Source: Eledone cirrhosa
Taxonomy: Eukaryota
NCBI GenBank assembly: GCA_964016885.1
Contig: OZ024756.1
Location: forward strand, 34,100,001-34,164,000
Reading direction: 5' to 3'
DNA length: 64,000 nt
The notes beneath the pieces are model-generated. The model was given only the letters and a program-made list of their open reading frames with translations, was not told the origin of the DNA and made no database searches. Of the stretch, positions 13,236-26,600 are shown in pieces (position 1 is the first letter of the stretch; every line of letters starts with the position of its first letter). A program made the translations under genes and the position numbers.

Positions 13236-14242
13236 AGCTGTAACAAACAGTGGAGGATTTTGTCCGGATGTTCTAACGACTGCCAATTCACCACTTCTTT
13301 AATATGCTTTCTGATATAGGCACAAGGCCAGCAAATGTTTTAAGGGAGTGGGGGAGAAAAAGTCGATTATATCACCCACAGTATGTATGTCTGAGACAGG
13401 TACTTTATTTTATCTACCCTCGGAAAGAAGGATGAGCAGGCTGAAGGGCCAAGTTGACCCCAGCAGAATTTGAATTCAGAATGTCTAATGAGCTGTAACT
13501 TAACTTTACAGCAGCGAAGCCTCTTCTTCAGCACTAAGAAACTTGCTAATCCACCACCACCGTATATATTGTACATAATGAAAGCATATGAGGATCAGCC
13601 ATTTTTTAAATAATTTTTTTTTTATTAATCTGGATGACTTACCCCAGGAAGGAAGAAAGAAAGGCAGGAAGAAAGGAAACTAATTCTACTTTCTGTCAAT
13701 TTCAGACTAGTAACAGTTAAATTTGGCAAATTTTTTTTTTATTATTTTGATATTTTAATAGAAAAAAAAAAAAAAAAAAAAAGACTAACATTTTTAAAAA
13801 GCGTCTTATGTGGAGGTATTACAGATTCTGTTAAACTAACCAAAATAAGCAGGAAAAAGAAAAAGAAAAAAAAAAAATCAAAAAAACAAGCCATTTTTTT
13901 TTTTTTTTTTTTTAGTTCTCAGTTGTAAACAGATGGAATGACATGCAGAAAGACAGGAAAATAAGATTTTAGGATGAGAATAATAATAATAATTACATTA
14001 TTATGAATAATTATTATAATTATAGAAATAAGTAATGAAGAGGAAGGAGAGGAGGCAAGAAAGCAATGGCTAGCAATAAAAAAAAAAAGAATCCAGTCCT
14101 TTTAGGGTTTTTTTACCCCCACCGTTTTTCGACTTCTAAACTGGCTGAAGAAACGATCTCGAAGTAGAGAATGCCAACCCCAATGGAAGAGAGGAAAGAA
14201 AGAAAGAGAAAGAGACAGAGTGGTGTAAAGCAGCTAGTTAGC

Positions 14243-14271
14243 TTAAGCAGCACTTTTTTCTGCAGCAATAT
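14243..14271 (-). CDS. Beta-thymosin terminal coding exon
   Basis: Polypyrimidine tttctctttccAG acceptor; completes the last repeat as [12 protein letters not shown]; followed by a U-rich putative 3' UTR. Confidence 0.88.
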
Positions 14272-14447
14272 CTGGAAAGAGAAATATAGGAAGATTTGTT
14301 AATATACAAGATAAAAATATACACACAAATATGTAGGTATATATAAATGTAAGTATGTATATGTATAAGTATATATATATATATATATGTATAAGTATAT
14401 ATATATATATATATGTATAAGTATATATATATATATATATGTATAAG

Positions 14448-14485
<38 letters not shown>

Positions 14486-14584
14486 TGTAAGTATATATGT
14501 AAGTATATATATATATATGTAAGTATATATATATATATGTAAGTATATATATATATATGTAAGTATATATATATATATATATAA

Positions 14585-14619
<35 letters not shown>

Positions 14620-17600
14620 AGTATATATATATATATGTAAGTATATATATATATATGTAAGTATATATATATATATGTAAGTATATATATATATATGTAA
14701 GTATATATATATATATGTAAGTATATATATATATATATGTAAGTATATATATATATATATGTAAGTATATATATATATATATGTAAGTATATATATATAT
14801 ATATGTAAGTATATATATATATATGTAAGTATATATATATATATGTAAGTATATATATATATATGTAAGTATATATATATATATGTAAGTATATATATAT
14901 ATGTAAGTATATATATATATGTAAGTATATATATATATGTAAGTATATATATATATGTAAGTATATATATATGTAAGTATATATATATGTAAGTATATAT
15001 ATATGTAAGTATATATATGTAAGTATATATATATATGTAAGTATATATATATGTAAGTAAGTATATATATATGTAAGTAAGTATATATATGTAAGTATAT
15101 ATATATATGTAAGTATATATATATATGTAAGTAAGTATATATATGTAAGTAAGTATATATATGTAAGTATATATATATATGTAAGTATATATATATATGT
15201 AAGTAAGTATATATATATATGTAAGTAAGTATATATATATGTAAGTAAGTATATATATATATGTAAGTATATATATAAGTATATATATATATATATATGT
15301 AAGTATATATATATATAAGTAAGTATATATATGTAAGTAAGTATATATATATATATGTAAGTAAGTATATATATATATGTAAGTAAGTATATATATGTAA
15401 GTAAGTATATATATATATGTAAGTATATATATATGTAAGTAAGTATATATATATGTAAGTAAGTATATATATATGTAAGTAAGTATATATATGTAAGTAA
15501 GTATATATATGTAAGTAAGTATATATATGTAAGTAAGTATATATATGTAAGTAAGTATATATATGTAAGTAAGCATATATATATGTAAGTAAGCATATAT
15601 ATATGTAAGTAAGCATATATATATGTAAGTAAGTATATATATATATATGTAAGTATATATATATATATGTAAGTAGGTATATATATATATGTAAGTAAGT
15701 ATGTATATATGTAAGTAAGTGTATATATATATATGTAAGTAAGTATATATATGTAAGTAAGTATATATATGTAAGTATATATATATATGTAAGTAAGTAT
15801 ATATATATGTAAGTAAGTATATATATATATATATGTAAGTAGGTATATATATATATGTAAGTAAGTATGTATATATGTAAGTAAGTATATATATATATGT
15901 AAGTAAGTATATATATATATGTAAGTAAGTATATATATGTAAGTAAGTATATATATGTAAGTATATATATATATGTAAGTAAGTATATATATGTAAGTAA
16001 GTATATATATGTAAGTAAGTATATATATATATATAAGTAAGTATATATATATATAAGTAAGTATATATATATATATATGTAAGTAAGTATATATATGTAA
16101 GTAAGTATATATATGTAAGTAAGTATATATATGTAAGTAAGTATATATATGTAAGTAAGTATATATATGTAAGTAAGTATATATATGTAAGTAAGTATAT
16201 ATATGTAAGTAAGTATATATATATATATGTAAGTAGGTATATATATATGTAAGTAAGTATGTATATATGCAAGTAAGTATATATATATATATGTAAGTAA
16301 GTATATATATGTAAGTAAGTATATATATATATATATGTAAGTAAGTATATATATATATATATATGTAAGTAGGTATATCTATATATGTAAGTAAGTATAT
16401 ATATATGTAAGTAAGTATATATATATGTAAGTAAGTATATATATATATATATAAGTAAGTATATATATATATAAGTAAGTATATATATATATATGTAAGT
16501 ATATATATGTAAGTAAGTATATATATGTAAGTAAGTATATATATGTAAGTAAGTATATATATGTAAGTAAGTATATATATGTAAGTAAGTATATATATGT
16601 AAGTAAGTATATATATGTAAGTATGTATATATATGTAAGTATGTATATATATGTAAGTATGTATATATATGTAAGTATGTATATATATGTAAGTAAGTAT
16701 ATATATGTATGTATATATATATATGTATATAGATATATTTGTGATGGAGCTCTGAAATAGCGATGTATACATGAATGTACATATTGTATATTTAATATAC
16801 TGTATGTTTATTTAAAAACATTTTGAAGGCTTTTCGCTATGAATTTAAGGTTGTGACTAGTCACTACCTTATAAACATACATATATTATAAATAAACATA
16901 CAGCAATGGTTGGAGAGGTCTTCACAGACTGAGTTAGTACTGAAGCATGGCTACTGAACTCCCAGACTGGCCAAGCAGTCCACATCTCGCTTACATAAAG
17001 CTCAATGTTCTACCAAATACATTTTATGGCACCAGCTCTAGAGAGGTTGTCATATCTTTGATAATACTGAAGGGCCCTCCCAACACTTTAGCAAATTTTC
17101 TGTGACTGGATACATTTCCTATCACCAGCCACATTACAGAAATGCCAGCTTTGTCTCACAGTCAAAATACAGAGTCTTGCTCGAATCACTGAATTACAGA
17201 CAATTTTTTTTTTTTCTGCCCCATCCAAGAGTGAACTGGAACAATGTGAAATAAAGCGTCTTGCTCAAGTACACAATGCACCACCCAGTTGACGACTCAA
17301 ACTCACAACTTTATGAACACATGCCCAACACTTTAACCAGCGAGCCACCGGACTTCACAAACAAATGTCATTAGTGAACACAACACACAGGAAAAGAAAA
17401 ATCGACTGAAACTCACCAGCCTTGGTTGGCAATACCACTTTCTCTTGCATCTCTGTATTTTTTAAACCCTTTTTGTCAAACTTATTGATCGAATCTTTCA
17501 GTTCTTGTTCAGTTTTCGCCTGTTTGATTGCTGAAATAAGAATATATCAGTCAGCTCATTAACCCATTAGCATGTAAACTGGCCATATTCGACCAAAATT

Positions 17601-20600
17601 CTCACCTCTTTCCATTCAAACCAGCCATAACTGGCCACTCATACTGACATTAAGGTATTATCAAAATAAATAACATCACAATGAATACTGCAAAGCATTC
17701 CGATATTCTAATGACCCTGTCAATTCGCCACCTATTGGACAATAAGTAACATGTTACATATAACAGCCCTGATAAAAATAAAATTTATATAAAAGATATA
17801 AAACCCTCATAGGAAACACTTACTTTCACTGTCTGGTAGTAGATTCTTCTCTTCAACTTCAGCATGTTTTAGATTTTTCTTATCAAAATCAGCGATGTTG
17901 CTTCGAAGTTCCTGCTCAGTCTTCTCTTGGTCAATTTCTAAATTTACAATAAAAAGAAATGAAATATTAGAAAAGAAAAGCATAACATGTATGTTTAGAA
18001 AACGACCAGTGAAATTTGAAAGTTTAATTCGAAGATTTTGCCATAACTGACTAAATAATAAAAGTCTAAAATTAATAGGGCATATAAGCCTTCTTAATTA
18101 TTTAACTATTTTATTTAGTCCAAGTTATAGCAAAATCTAATTCAATTTTCATATATTAACCCTTTAGCATTTACATTACTATATTTTCTGTGTGAACACT
18201 TTATTTCACAATTATCTTGCATAATATCGAATCTATGAGATTGATATTTATTTTCAGAACAATACCTTAACATCAGTATGAGGGGCTAGTTACAGCCAGT
18301 TTGAACGGAAAGAGGTAAGAGAATTCTGACCAGATATGGCGGTTTAAATGCTAAAAGGTTCAACTTAAGCCAAAATCTCAATCTGGAGGACATAAGTTAG
18401 ACCAAATATTTTAGTCAGTCTAGCTTATATCCTCACAGAGATTTTGGGTTAAGACTAATGTTTAATTACTTCTGAATTGAAATTTAGAATATTTTATTCT
18501 TTCATTGAGAAGTCTAAGGATAAGAGAGATAACCTTTTATTTGATTATATATATATATATATATGGGTTAGATGGTTCGATGGTTAGATGGTTGCAAAAT
18601 TCCAAGATTCTATATAACTGTTTTACCATTCTTAAGTTGTTTTTTTTTACTTGTTATCCAATTCTTTGACTTGCTATCCGATATTTCTTTGGTATATATA
18701 TGGTAAGAATCGATCTTATAAATCTTTTCTCAGATCTTATATCATTGCGCCTATATAATCGTACAAACACAATGCTATCTCAATAATATATAACAACCCA
18801 TGTAAAAATGGCAGGGTATTTCTTAGACATGTTCAGCAACACCATGGAATGGAAACTATTAATATGGTACAAGGAATGAAGAGACAGCCATGCTCTTGAA
18901 TTTCTGTGATGCAAATAAAACTATATGCAACACTAACTTCAAGAAACTGGCTAGCAAGGAATTTAGCATGCAAGAACGGATCCATTAGGGCTGGCTTCTT
19001 AGCCCTTTCCTGTTACAGTTCTCAAGGCTCTAACAGAGGAATATAAGACAAGCTGTCGGTAGTAATTCCTCTGTACTGATGGCCAAGTCCTCAATTGAAT
19101 GTGTTGAAGATTCAGGTAAGAAAAGCCTACAATTGATTTGGCTTGAAGGTAAACCTGGCAAAAGATTTAGCAGGAAAGAAGACAGGTATAAATATCATCT
19201 GAGAATGGTTTCACATGATATACAGAAAAGTAGTAGGTGGTAATTCTATAGCGTGTACCCAATGTTAATGATGGGTACACATAAGGTGTAGTGAGATCAT
19301 AGACATGCTGACAGAGAAAAGACTTGAGTAATGTACAGAACTAGAGTTAGCAGTAAGAGGATCAATGAAATATTCTTTCAAAAAATTCAGCAGGCTCCAT
19401 AGAAGTAGTTGATAGCTTCTGTTACATAGGTGATGTAGCTTGCAGTGGAGATGGGTATTCTAAAAGTATAGCAAGAAGAAAGAAAAGGTATCTTTTCCCA
19501 TCACCGCCAAGTGTCTAACAAGCCATTAGAGAGACAAGTTGGAGAACACTGTCTAGCTCAGATGCTGGCAACAAAGAAATTCAGTTTCTGGTTGAAAATT
19601 GGATTTTAGAGCTGTGCAAAAAGTGTTTCGGTGGACACTAACAAAACAGGTATTGAGTGCAGAGGATATGTAAAAGCTGGGAAAAAAATGAGGTGAGCAG
19701 GTTTCATTGAGGTGTAATGTTAGTGTGTATAAAAGACAATGTCTAGGTGAGAGGGGGGGGGGGGGGAGAGACTGATCTAAAAATTCAAGAGCCTGTTGCT
19801 GTTTAATACTTACAAGGTTTTAGTTCAATACTATTATTATTACTAGAATAATAATTATTTCTACTTTAGGGGTGGGGAAGTCAATTAAACCGAGCCCCAG
19901 TGCATTACTGGTACTTTATTTTATCGACACCCACAAGGGCATAGTGCTCGACACTACCAATCCATCGCCAATAGTTTAGTAGTAGTAGTAGTAGAAAAAG
20001 TATCTAAAAAAATAGTAATTCAACAAAAAGATCTTCAGAGGCTGAAGTTAGTAAAGAAATATTAGGAGAAAGAGTGGAATAACTATTAGGTGTTATTGAA
20101 CAAATATTCTTGCTAAGCACTATTAATAATGCAAATATATTCAGTTATATTTGGCTGTCATCCCCACCACCTGGCCAATTGCAATGAAGCACACAAGTTA
20201 ATTAACTTCTTTCCATGACCAACCTGTCTTGTCAGGTAAGTTAACTTTCTCTTCCGTCTCAGTATGATGAAGGTTTGTCTTGTCAAAGCTACCAATGGAG
20301 CTACGTAACTCCTGCTCACTTTTCTCTTGAACAATATCTAGAAAAATAATAATCCTTTCTTTATAAATAATGGTTTCTTTATCATCCACAAAGGGTTTAC
20401 ATAAAACACATTAACCATTTCATGATTGCATTTCTTATGAAATGCTATTTTAATTAATGAAGGCGTGTGTGTGGCTGATGGGTTAGAGAACTGGATACGC
20501 AATCATGAGGTTGTCAGTTCGATTCCTAGACCGGGCGATGCGTTATGTCCTTGAGCAAGGCACTTTATTTCACGTTGCTCCTACCTGGAGTTGTGACCGA

Positions 20601-23600
20601 TAGTATTAGCAATTGGAAAGACCAACGGAAACATTGTTTCCTTGGTCCGATTTGCCGAAGTTCGATCGATTCCCTTTGAGGGATTGACTAAGAGTATTAT
20701 TTCATTACCAACTTAACCCTTTCAAGACTGCATTTTTAATGAAATATACAATTTTAATTAATTTCCAGGGATTTACAAAAATTACTAATTATTTCATTAC
20801 TAAGATAGTAACCTAATTATTTCTACTTTTGGCACAAGGCCGGCAATTGTCCCAGTGCATTACTGGTACTTTATTTCATCGACCTCGTAAGGATGAAAGG
20901 CGAAGTTAACCTCAGCGAAATTTGAACTCAGAAAATAAAGGGCCGTAACTCTTTGCTACAAAGCATGGCGTCCGATCCTCTACCGATACTGCTAATCCAC
21001 CAGTAACTTAATGCAAGGTTCTTATATAAAATTATATTGGAAGATTTTAATTTAAATTGGAAACCTTTAAAATGGTTGGTTTTATTTCATAAAACCAAAG
21101 CTGGTTTTGGCCGGGTTGGTAACTAACGAGTTACGAAAAGGAAAAAAAAAAAAAAAAAAAAAAAAAAAAACACGAAATTTACAGCTCACACATTTGTAAA
21201 TTTGCAGCTGGCCTCGTACGTATGAGGTTTCTTAGATTATTTAAGGGGCACAGTTGTGCGTGTGTGTATGTGTACACACGTTCCTGAATAAGGTACCTTT
21301 TTTTTCAATGAAAATAAGTGAAAAATCATGTCTTATAGACTGGACCTAGAAAACCTCAACGGAAAATATAAATGCAAGTGTAACAAGTATATTGGTAGGA
21401 AGTGTGTATATAATATGAGAAGCTGGTGAACAGCATGTTATTCATCTACTTGGCCTACAAAACCAATTCAAAATAAAGGTACATTACAAATATTTTACAT
21501 AATATATTTTACATACAATATTTTATATAATATATTCTGAAGGTTTGGGAGGTTATACATTTCAATATAAAATAACATTTTCTTTCTTCAACACTTAAGA
21601 AATGTAAAAAAATTAAAATAAATACAAAATGCATATAAAAAAATATATATGAACACTCAAAAAACACCTTTACAAAAGCTGTTAGTAATAACACTGGTTA
21701 GTTTGAACCAATACAACTAGATTTCAAATAATCCTTGAGCACCTTTCTGAATTCCATGTGTAACACACGTGGGCATGCCTACAAAGACAGAAAACAGCAC
21801 AGCTCCCATGACTTTTGGAAACATTTTTTCACACTCAGTTGCTGAAGCATGGAACAAACTACCTGCATTTGTTAGCTGTTAAGGCACTGCATCCTTTAAA
21901 ACCTCCATGCTACCTGAAATTCACCAACACTACACCTGATATACCCCTTCCATATACACGCACACATGTATACCATGACTCAGACTTCACTTTTCTAACA
22001 TTTGAACATTATTCTATGTACTAGTGCTCCTGAGCACTGTACACAATAATTTCATTATTATTATGAACATAAAACAGACCTTGTTAGCAGGAGAGAGAGA
22101 GAAAGAGTCCATAGTTTGCCTGTTTAATAAATCCAGAGCTTGGTTAATGAAACCAGGGATTTATTTCTTTACTTAGTTAATAGGACAAGAGCATAGTTAT
22201 TTACTTGTTTAACGAGATCAAAGCTTAGTTTATTTAGCTGGGTAACTAGATCAGAGCATGGTTTATTAACTGGATTACTAGATCAAAGCTTAGTTTATTT
22301 ACCTTGATAACTCGATTAAAGCATTTATTTACCTAGTTAACGAGACCAGAGATTCATCAGACCCACTACATCAACTGTTCCCCAACTCAACCCATACAAA
22401 TGTATATATATACACAAAGCTATCTCAATATGTATCAACCCATGTAAAAATGGCAGGGTATTTCTTAGACATGTTCAGCAACACCATGGAATGGAAACTA
22501 TTAATATGGTACAAGGAATGAAGAGTCAGCCATGTTCTTGAATTTCTGTGATGCAAATAAAACTATATGCAACACTAACTTCAAGAAACTGGCTAGCAAG
22601 GAATTTAGCATGCAAGAACAGGTCCATTAGGGCTGGCTTCTTAGCCCTTTCCTGTTACAGTTCTCAAGGCTCTAACAGAGGAATATAAGACAAGCTGTCG
22701 GTAGTAATTCCTCTGTACTGATGGCCAAGTCCTCAATTGAATGCGTTGAAGATTCAGGTAAGAAAAGCCTACAATTGATTTGGCTTGAAGGTAAACCTGG
22801 CAAAAGATTTAGCAGGAAAGAAGACAGGTATAAATATCATCTGAGAATGGTTTCACATGATATACAGAAAAGTAGTAGGTGGTAATTCTATAGCGTGTAC
22901 CCAATGTTAATGATGGGTACACATAAGGTGTAGTGAGATCATAGACATGCTGACAGAGAAAAGACTTGAGTAATGTACAGAACTAGAGTTAGCAGTAAGA
23001 GGATCAATGAAATATTCTTTCAAAAAATTCAGCAGGCTCCATAGTAGTAGTTGATAGCTTCTGTTACCTAGGTGATAGAGTTAGCAGTGGAGATAGGTAT
23101 TTTAAAAGTATAGCAAGAAGAAAGAAAAGGTATCTTTTCCCCATCACCACCAAGGGTCTAATAAGCCATTAGAGAGACAAGTTGGAGAACACTGTCTAGC
23201 TCAGATGCTGGCAACAAAGAAATTCAGTTTCTGGTTGAAAAGTAGACTTTAAGAGCTGTGCAAAAAGTGTTTCGGTGGACACTAATAAAACAGGTATTGA
23301 GTGCAGAGGATATGTAAAAGCTGGGAAAAAAAATGAGGTGAGCAGGTTTCATTGAGGTGTAATATTATTGTGTATAAAAGACAATGTCTAGGTGAGAGGG
23401 GGGGGGGGAGAGACTGATCTAAAAATTCAAGAGCCTGTTGCTGTTTAATACTTACAAGGTTTTAGTTCAATACTATTATTATTACTAGAAGTAATAATAA
23501 TTATTTCTACTTTAGGCACAAGACCAGCAATTTGAAGGGGTGGGGAAGTCAATTAAACCGACCCCAGTGCATTACTGGTACTTTATTTTATCGACACCCG

Positions 23601-26600
23601 TAAGGATGAAAGGTAAAGTTAACCTCAGGATTTGAACACAGAACGTAAAGGGCCATAACACTGCCACAAAGCATAGTGCCCGACACTACCAATCCATCGC
23701 CAATAGTAGTTTAGTAGTAATAGTATAAATAGTATTTTAATACGATTAGTAATTCATCAAAAAAGACCTTCAGGGGCTGAAGTTAGTAAAAGATTATGAG
23801 AAAGAGTGAGAGGAGGGTGGAATAACTATTAGGTGTTATTGAACAAATATTCTTGCTAAGCACTATTAATAATGCAAATATATTCAGTTATATTTGGCTG
23901 TCATCCCCACCACCTGGCCAATTGCAATGAAGCACACAAGTTAATTAACTTCTTTCCATGACCAACCTGTCTTGTCAGGTAAGTTAACTTTCTCTTCCGT
24001 CTCAGTATGATGAAGGTTTGTCTTGTCAAAGCTACCAATGGAGCTACGTAACTCCTGCGCACTTTTCTCTTGAACAATATCTAGAAAAATAATAATCCTT
24101 TCTTTATAAATAATGGTTTTTTTATCAACCACAAAGGGTTTACATAAAACACATTAACCATTTCATGATTGCATTTCTAATCAAATATTTTAATTAATTA
24201 ATAATTTTAAGGGCCTGACTAAAAGTATTAATTATTTCACTACTAAGATAACCCTTTCAAGACCATATTTTTAATGAAATATACTATTTTGATTAATTAA
24301 TAATTGAGGGATTTACTTAAAATCACTAATTATTTCATTACTAAGATAGTAACAATGTAAGGTTCTTATATAAAATTATGTTGGAAGATTTTTATTTAAA
24401 TTGGAAACCTTTAAAATGGTTGGTTTTATTTCATAAAACCAGAGCTGGTTTTGGCCAGGTTGGTAACCAACGAGTTACGAAAAAAAAAAATAAACACGAA
24501 ATTTACAGCTCACATTTTTGTAGATTTGCAGCTGGCCTCGTACATGAGGTTTCTTAGATGATTTAAGGGGCACAGTTGTGTATGTGTGTACATGCACACA
24601 GACATTCCTGAATAAGGTACCTTTTTTCAATGAAAATAGGTGAAAAATCATGTCTTATAGACTGGACCTAGAAAACCTCAACAGAAGATATAAATGGCAG
24701 TATGACACTCAAGTATATAGGTAGGAAGTGTGTATATAATACACACTAATGTGTTTGACACATTTTTGCAGAAAATTATGAGAAGCTGGAGAACAGCATG
24801 TTATTCATCTACTTGGCCTACAAAATCAATTCAAAATGAAGGTACATTACAAATATTTTACATAATATATTCTGAAGGTTTGGGAGGTTATACATTTCAA
24901 TATAAAATAACAATTTCTTTCTTCACCACTGTTAAGAAATGTAGAAAAATTAAAATAAATACAAAATGCATATAAAAAATATATATGAACACTCAAAAAA
25001 CACCTTTAAAAAAGCTGTTAGTAATAACACTGGTTAGTTTGAACCAATACAACTAGATTTCAAATAATTTTTTAGCACCTTTTTGAATTCCATGTGTCTA
25101 ACACACATGGGCATGCCTACAAAGTCAGAAAACAGCACAGCTCCCATGACTTTTGGAAACATTTTTTCACACTCAGTTGCTGAAGCATGGAACAAACTAC
25201 CTGCATTTGTTGTTAGCTGTTGAGACACTGCATCCTTTAAAACCTCCATGCTTCCTGAAATTCACCAACACTACACCTGATATACCCCCTTCTATAGACA
25301 CACACACATGTATACCATGACTCAGACTTCACTTTTCTAACATTTGAACATTATTCTATGTACTAGTGCTCCTGAGCACTGTACACAATAATTTCATTAT
25401 TATTATGAACATAAAACAGACCTTGTTAGCAGGAGAGAGAGAGAAAGAGTCCATAGTTTGCCTGTTTAATAAATCCAGAGCTTGGTTAATGAAACCAGGG
25501 ATTTATTTCTTTACTTAGTTAATAGGACAAGAGCATAGTTATTTACTTGTTTAACGAGATCAAAGCTTAGTTTATTTAGCTGGGTAACTAGATCAGAGCA
25601 TGGTTTATTAACTGGATTACTAGATCAAAGCTTAGTTTATTTACCTTGATAACTCGATTAAAGCATTTATTTACCTAGTTAATGAGACCAGAGATTCATC
25701 AGACCCACTACATCAACTGTTCCCCAACTCAACCCATACAAATGTATATATATACACAAAGCTATCTCAATATGTATCAACCCATGTAAAAATGGCAGGG
25801 TATTTCTTAGACATGTTCAGCAACACCATGGAATGGAAACTATTAATATGGTACAAGGAATGAAGAGACATCCATGTTCTTGAATTTCTGTGATGCAAAT
25901 AAAACTATATGCAACACTAACTTCAAGAAACTGGCTAGCAAAGAATTTAGCATGCAAGAAGGGATCCATTAGGGCTGGCTTCTTAGCCCTTTCCTGTTAC
26001 AGTTCTCAAGGCTCTAACAGAGGAATATAAGACAAGCTGTCAGTAGTAATTCCTCTGTACTGATGGCCAAGTCCTCAATTGAATGTGTTGAAGATTCAGG
26101 TAAGAAAAGCCTACAATTGATTTGGCTTGAAGGTAAACCTGGCAAAAGATTTAGCAGGAAAGACAGGTATAAATATCATCTGAGAATGGTTTCACATGAT
26201 ATACAGAAAAGTAGTAGGTGGTAATTCTATAGCGTTTACCCAATGTTAATGATGGGTACACATAAGGTGTAGTGAGATCATAGACATGCTGACAGAGAAA
26301 AGACTTGAGTAAATGTACAGAACTAGAGTTAGCAGTAAGAGGATCAATGAAATATTCTTTCAAAAAATTCAGCAGGCTCCATAGAAGTAGTTGATAGCTT
26401 CTGTTACCTAGGTGATAGAGTTAGCAGTGGAGATAGGTATTTTAAAAGTATAGTAAGAAGAGAGAGAAGGTAAGCCATCAGAGACAAGTTGTCTTGCCCA
26501 TATGTTCCAGCGAACATTGTCTTGCTCATATGTTCCATATTTGGCATGGCTTCAACTGGATGCCCTTTCTAATGCCAACCACTTCAGACATATATACATA

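Noticed and set aside
20198-24132. Two stand-alone 63-aa single-domain thymosin ORFs in the track
   Set aside because: They start at GTG in intron sequence and read through splice sites; better explained as internal 114-nt exons.
26535-26544. CArG box CCATATTTGG (also ~2808)
   Set aside because: Lies in a LINE tail or far from any promoter; expected by chance in AT-rich DNA.
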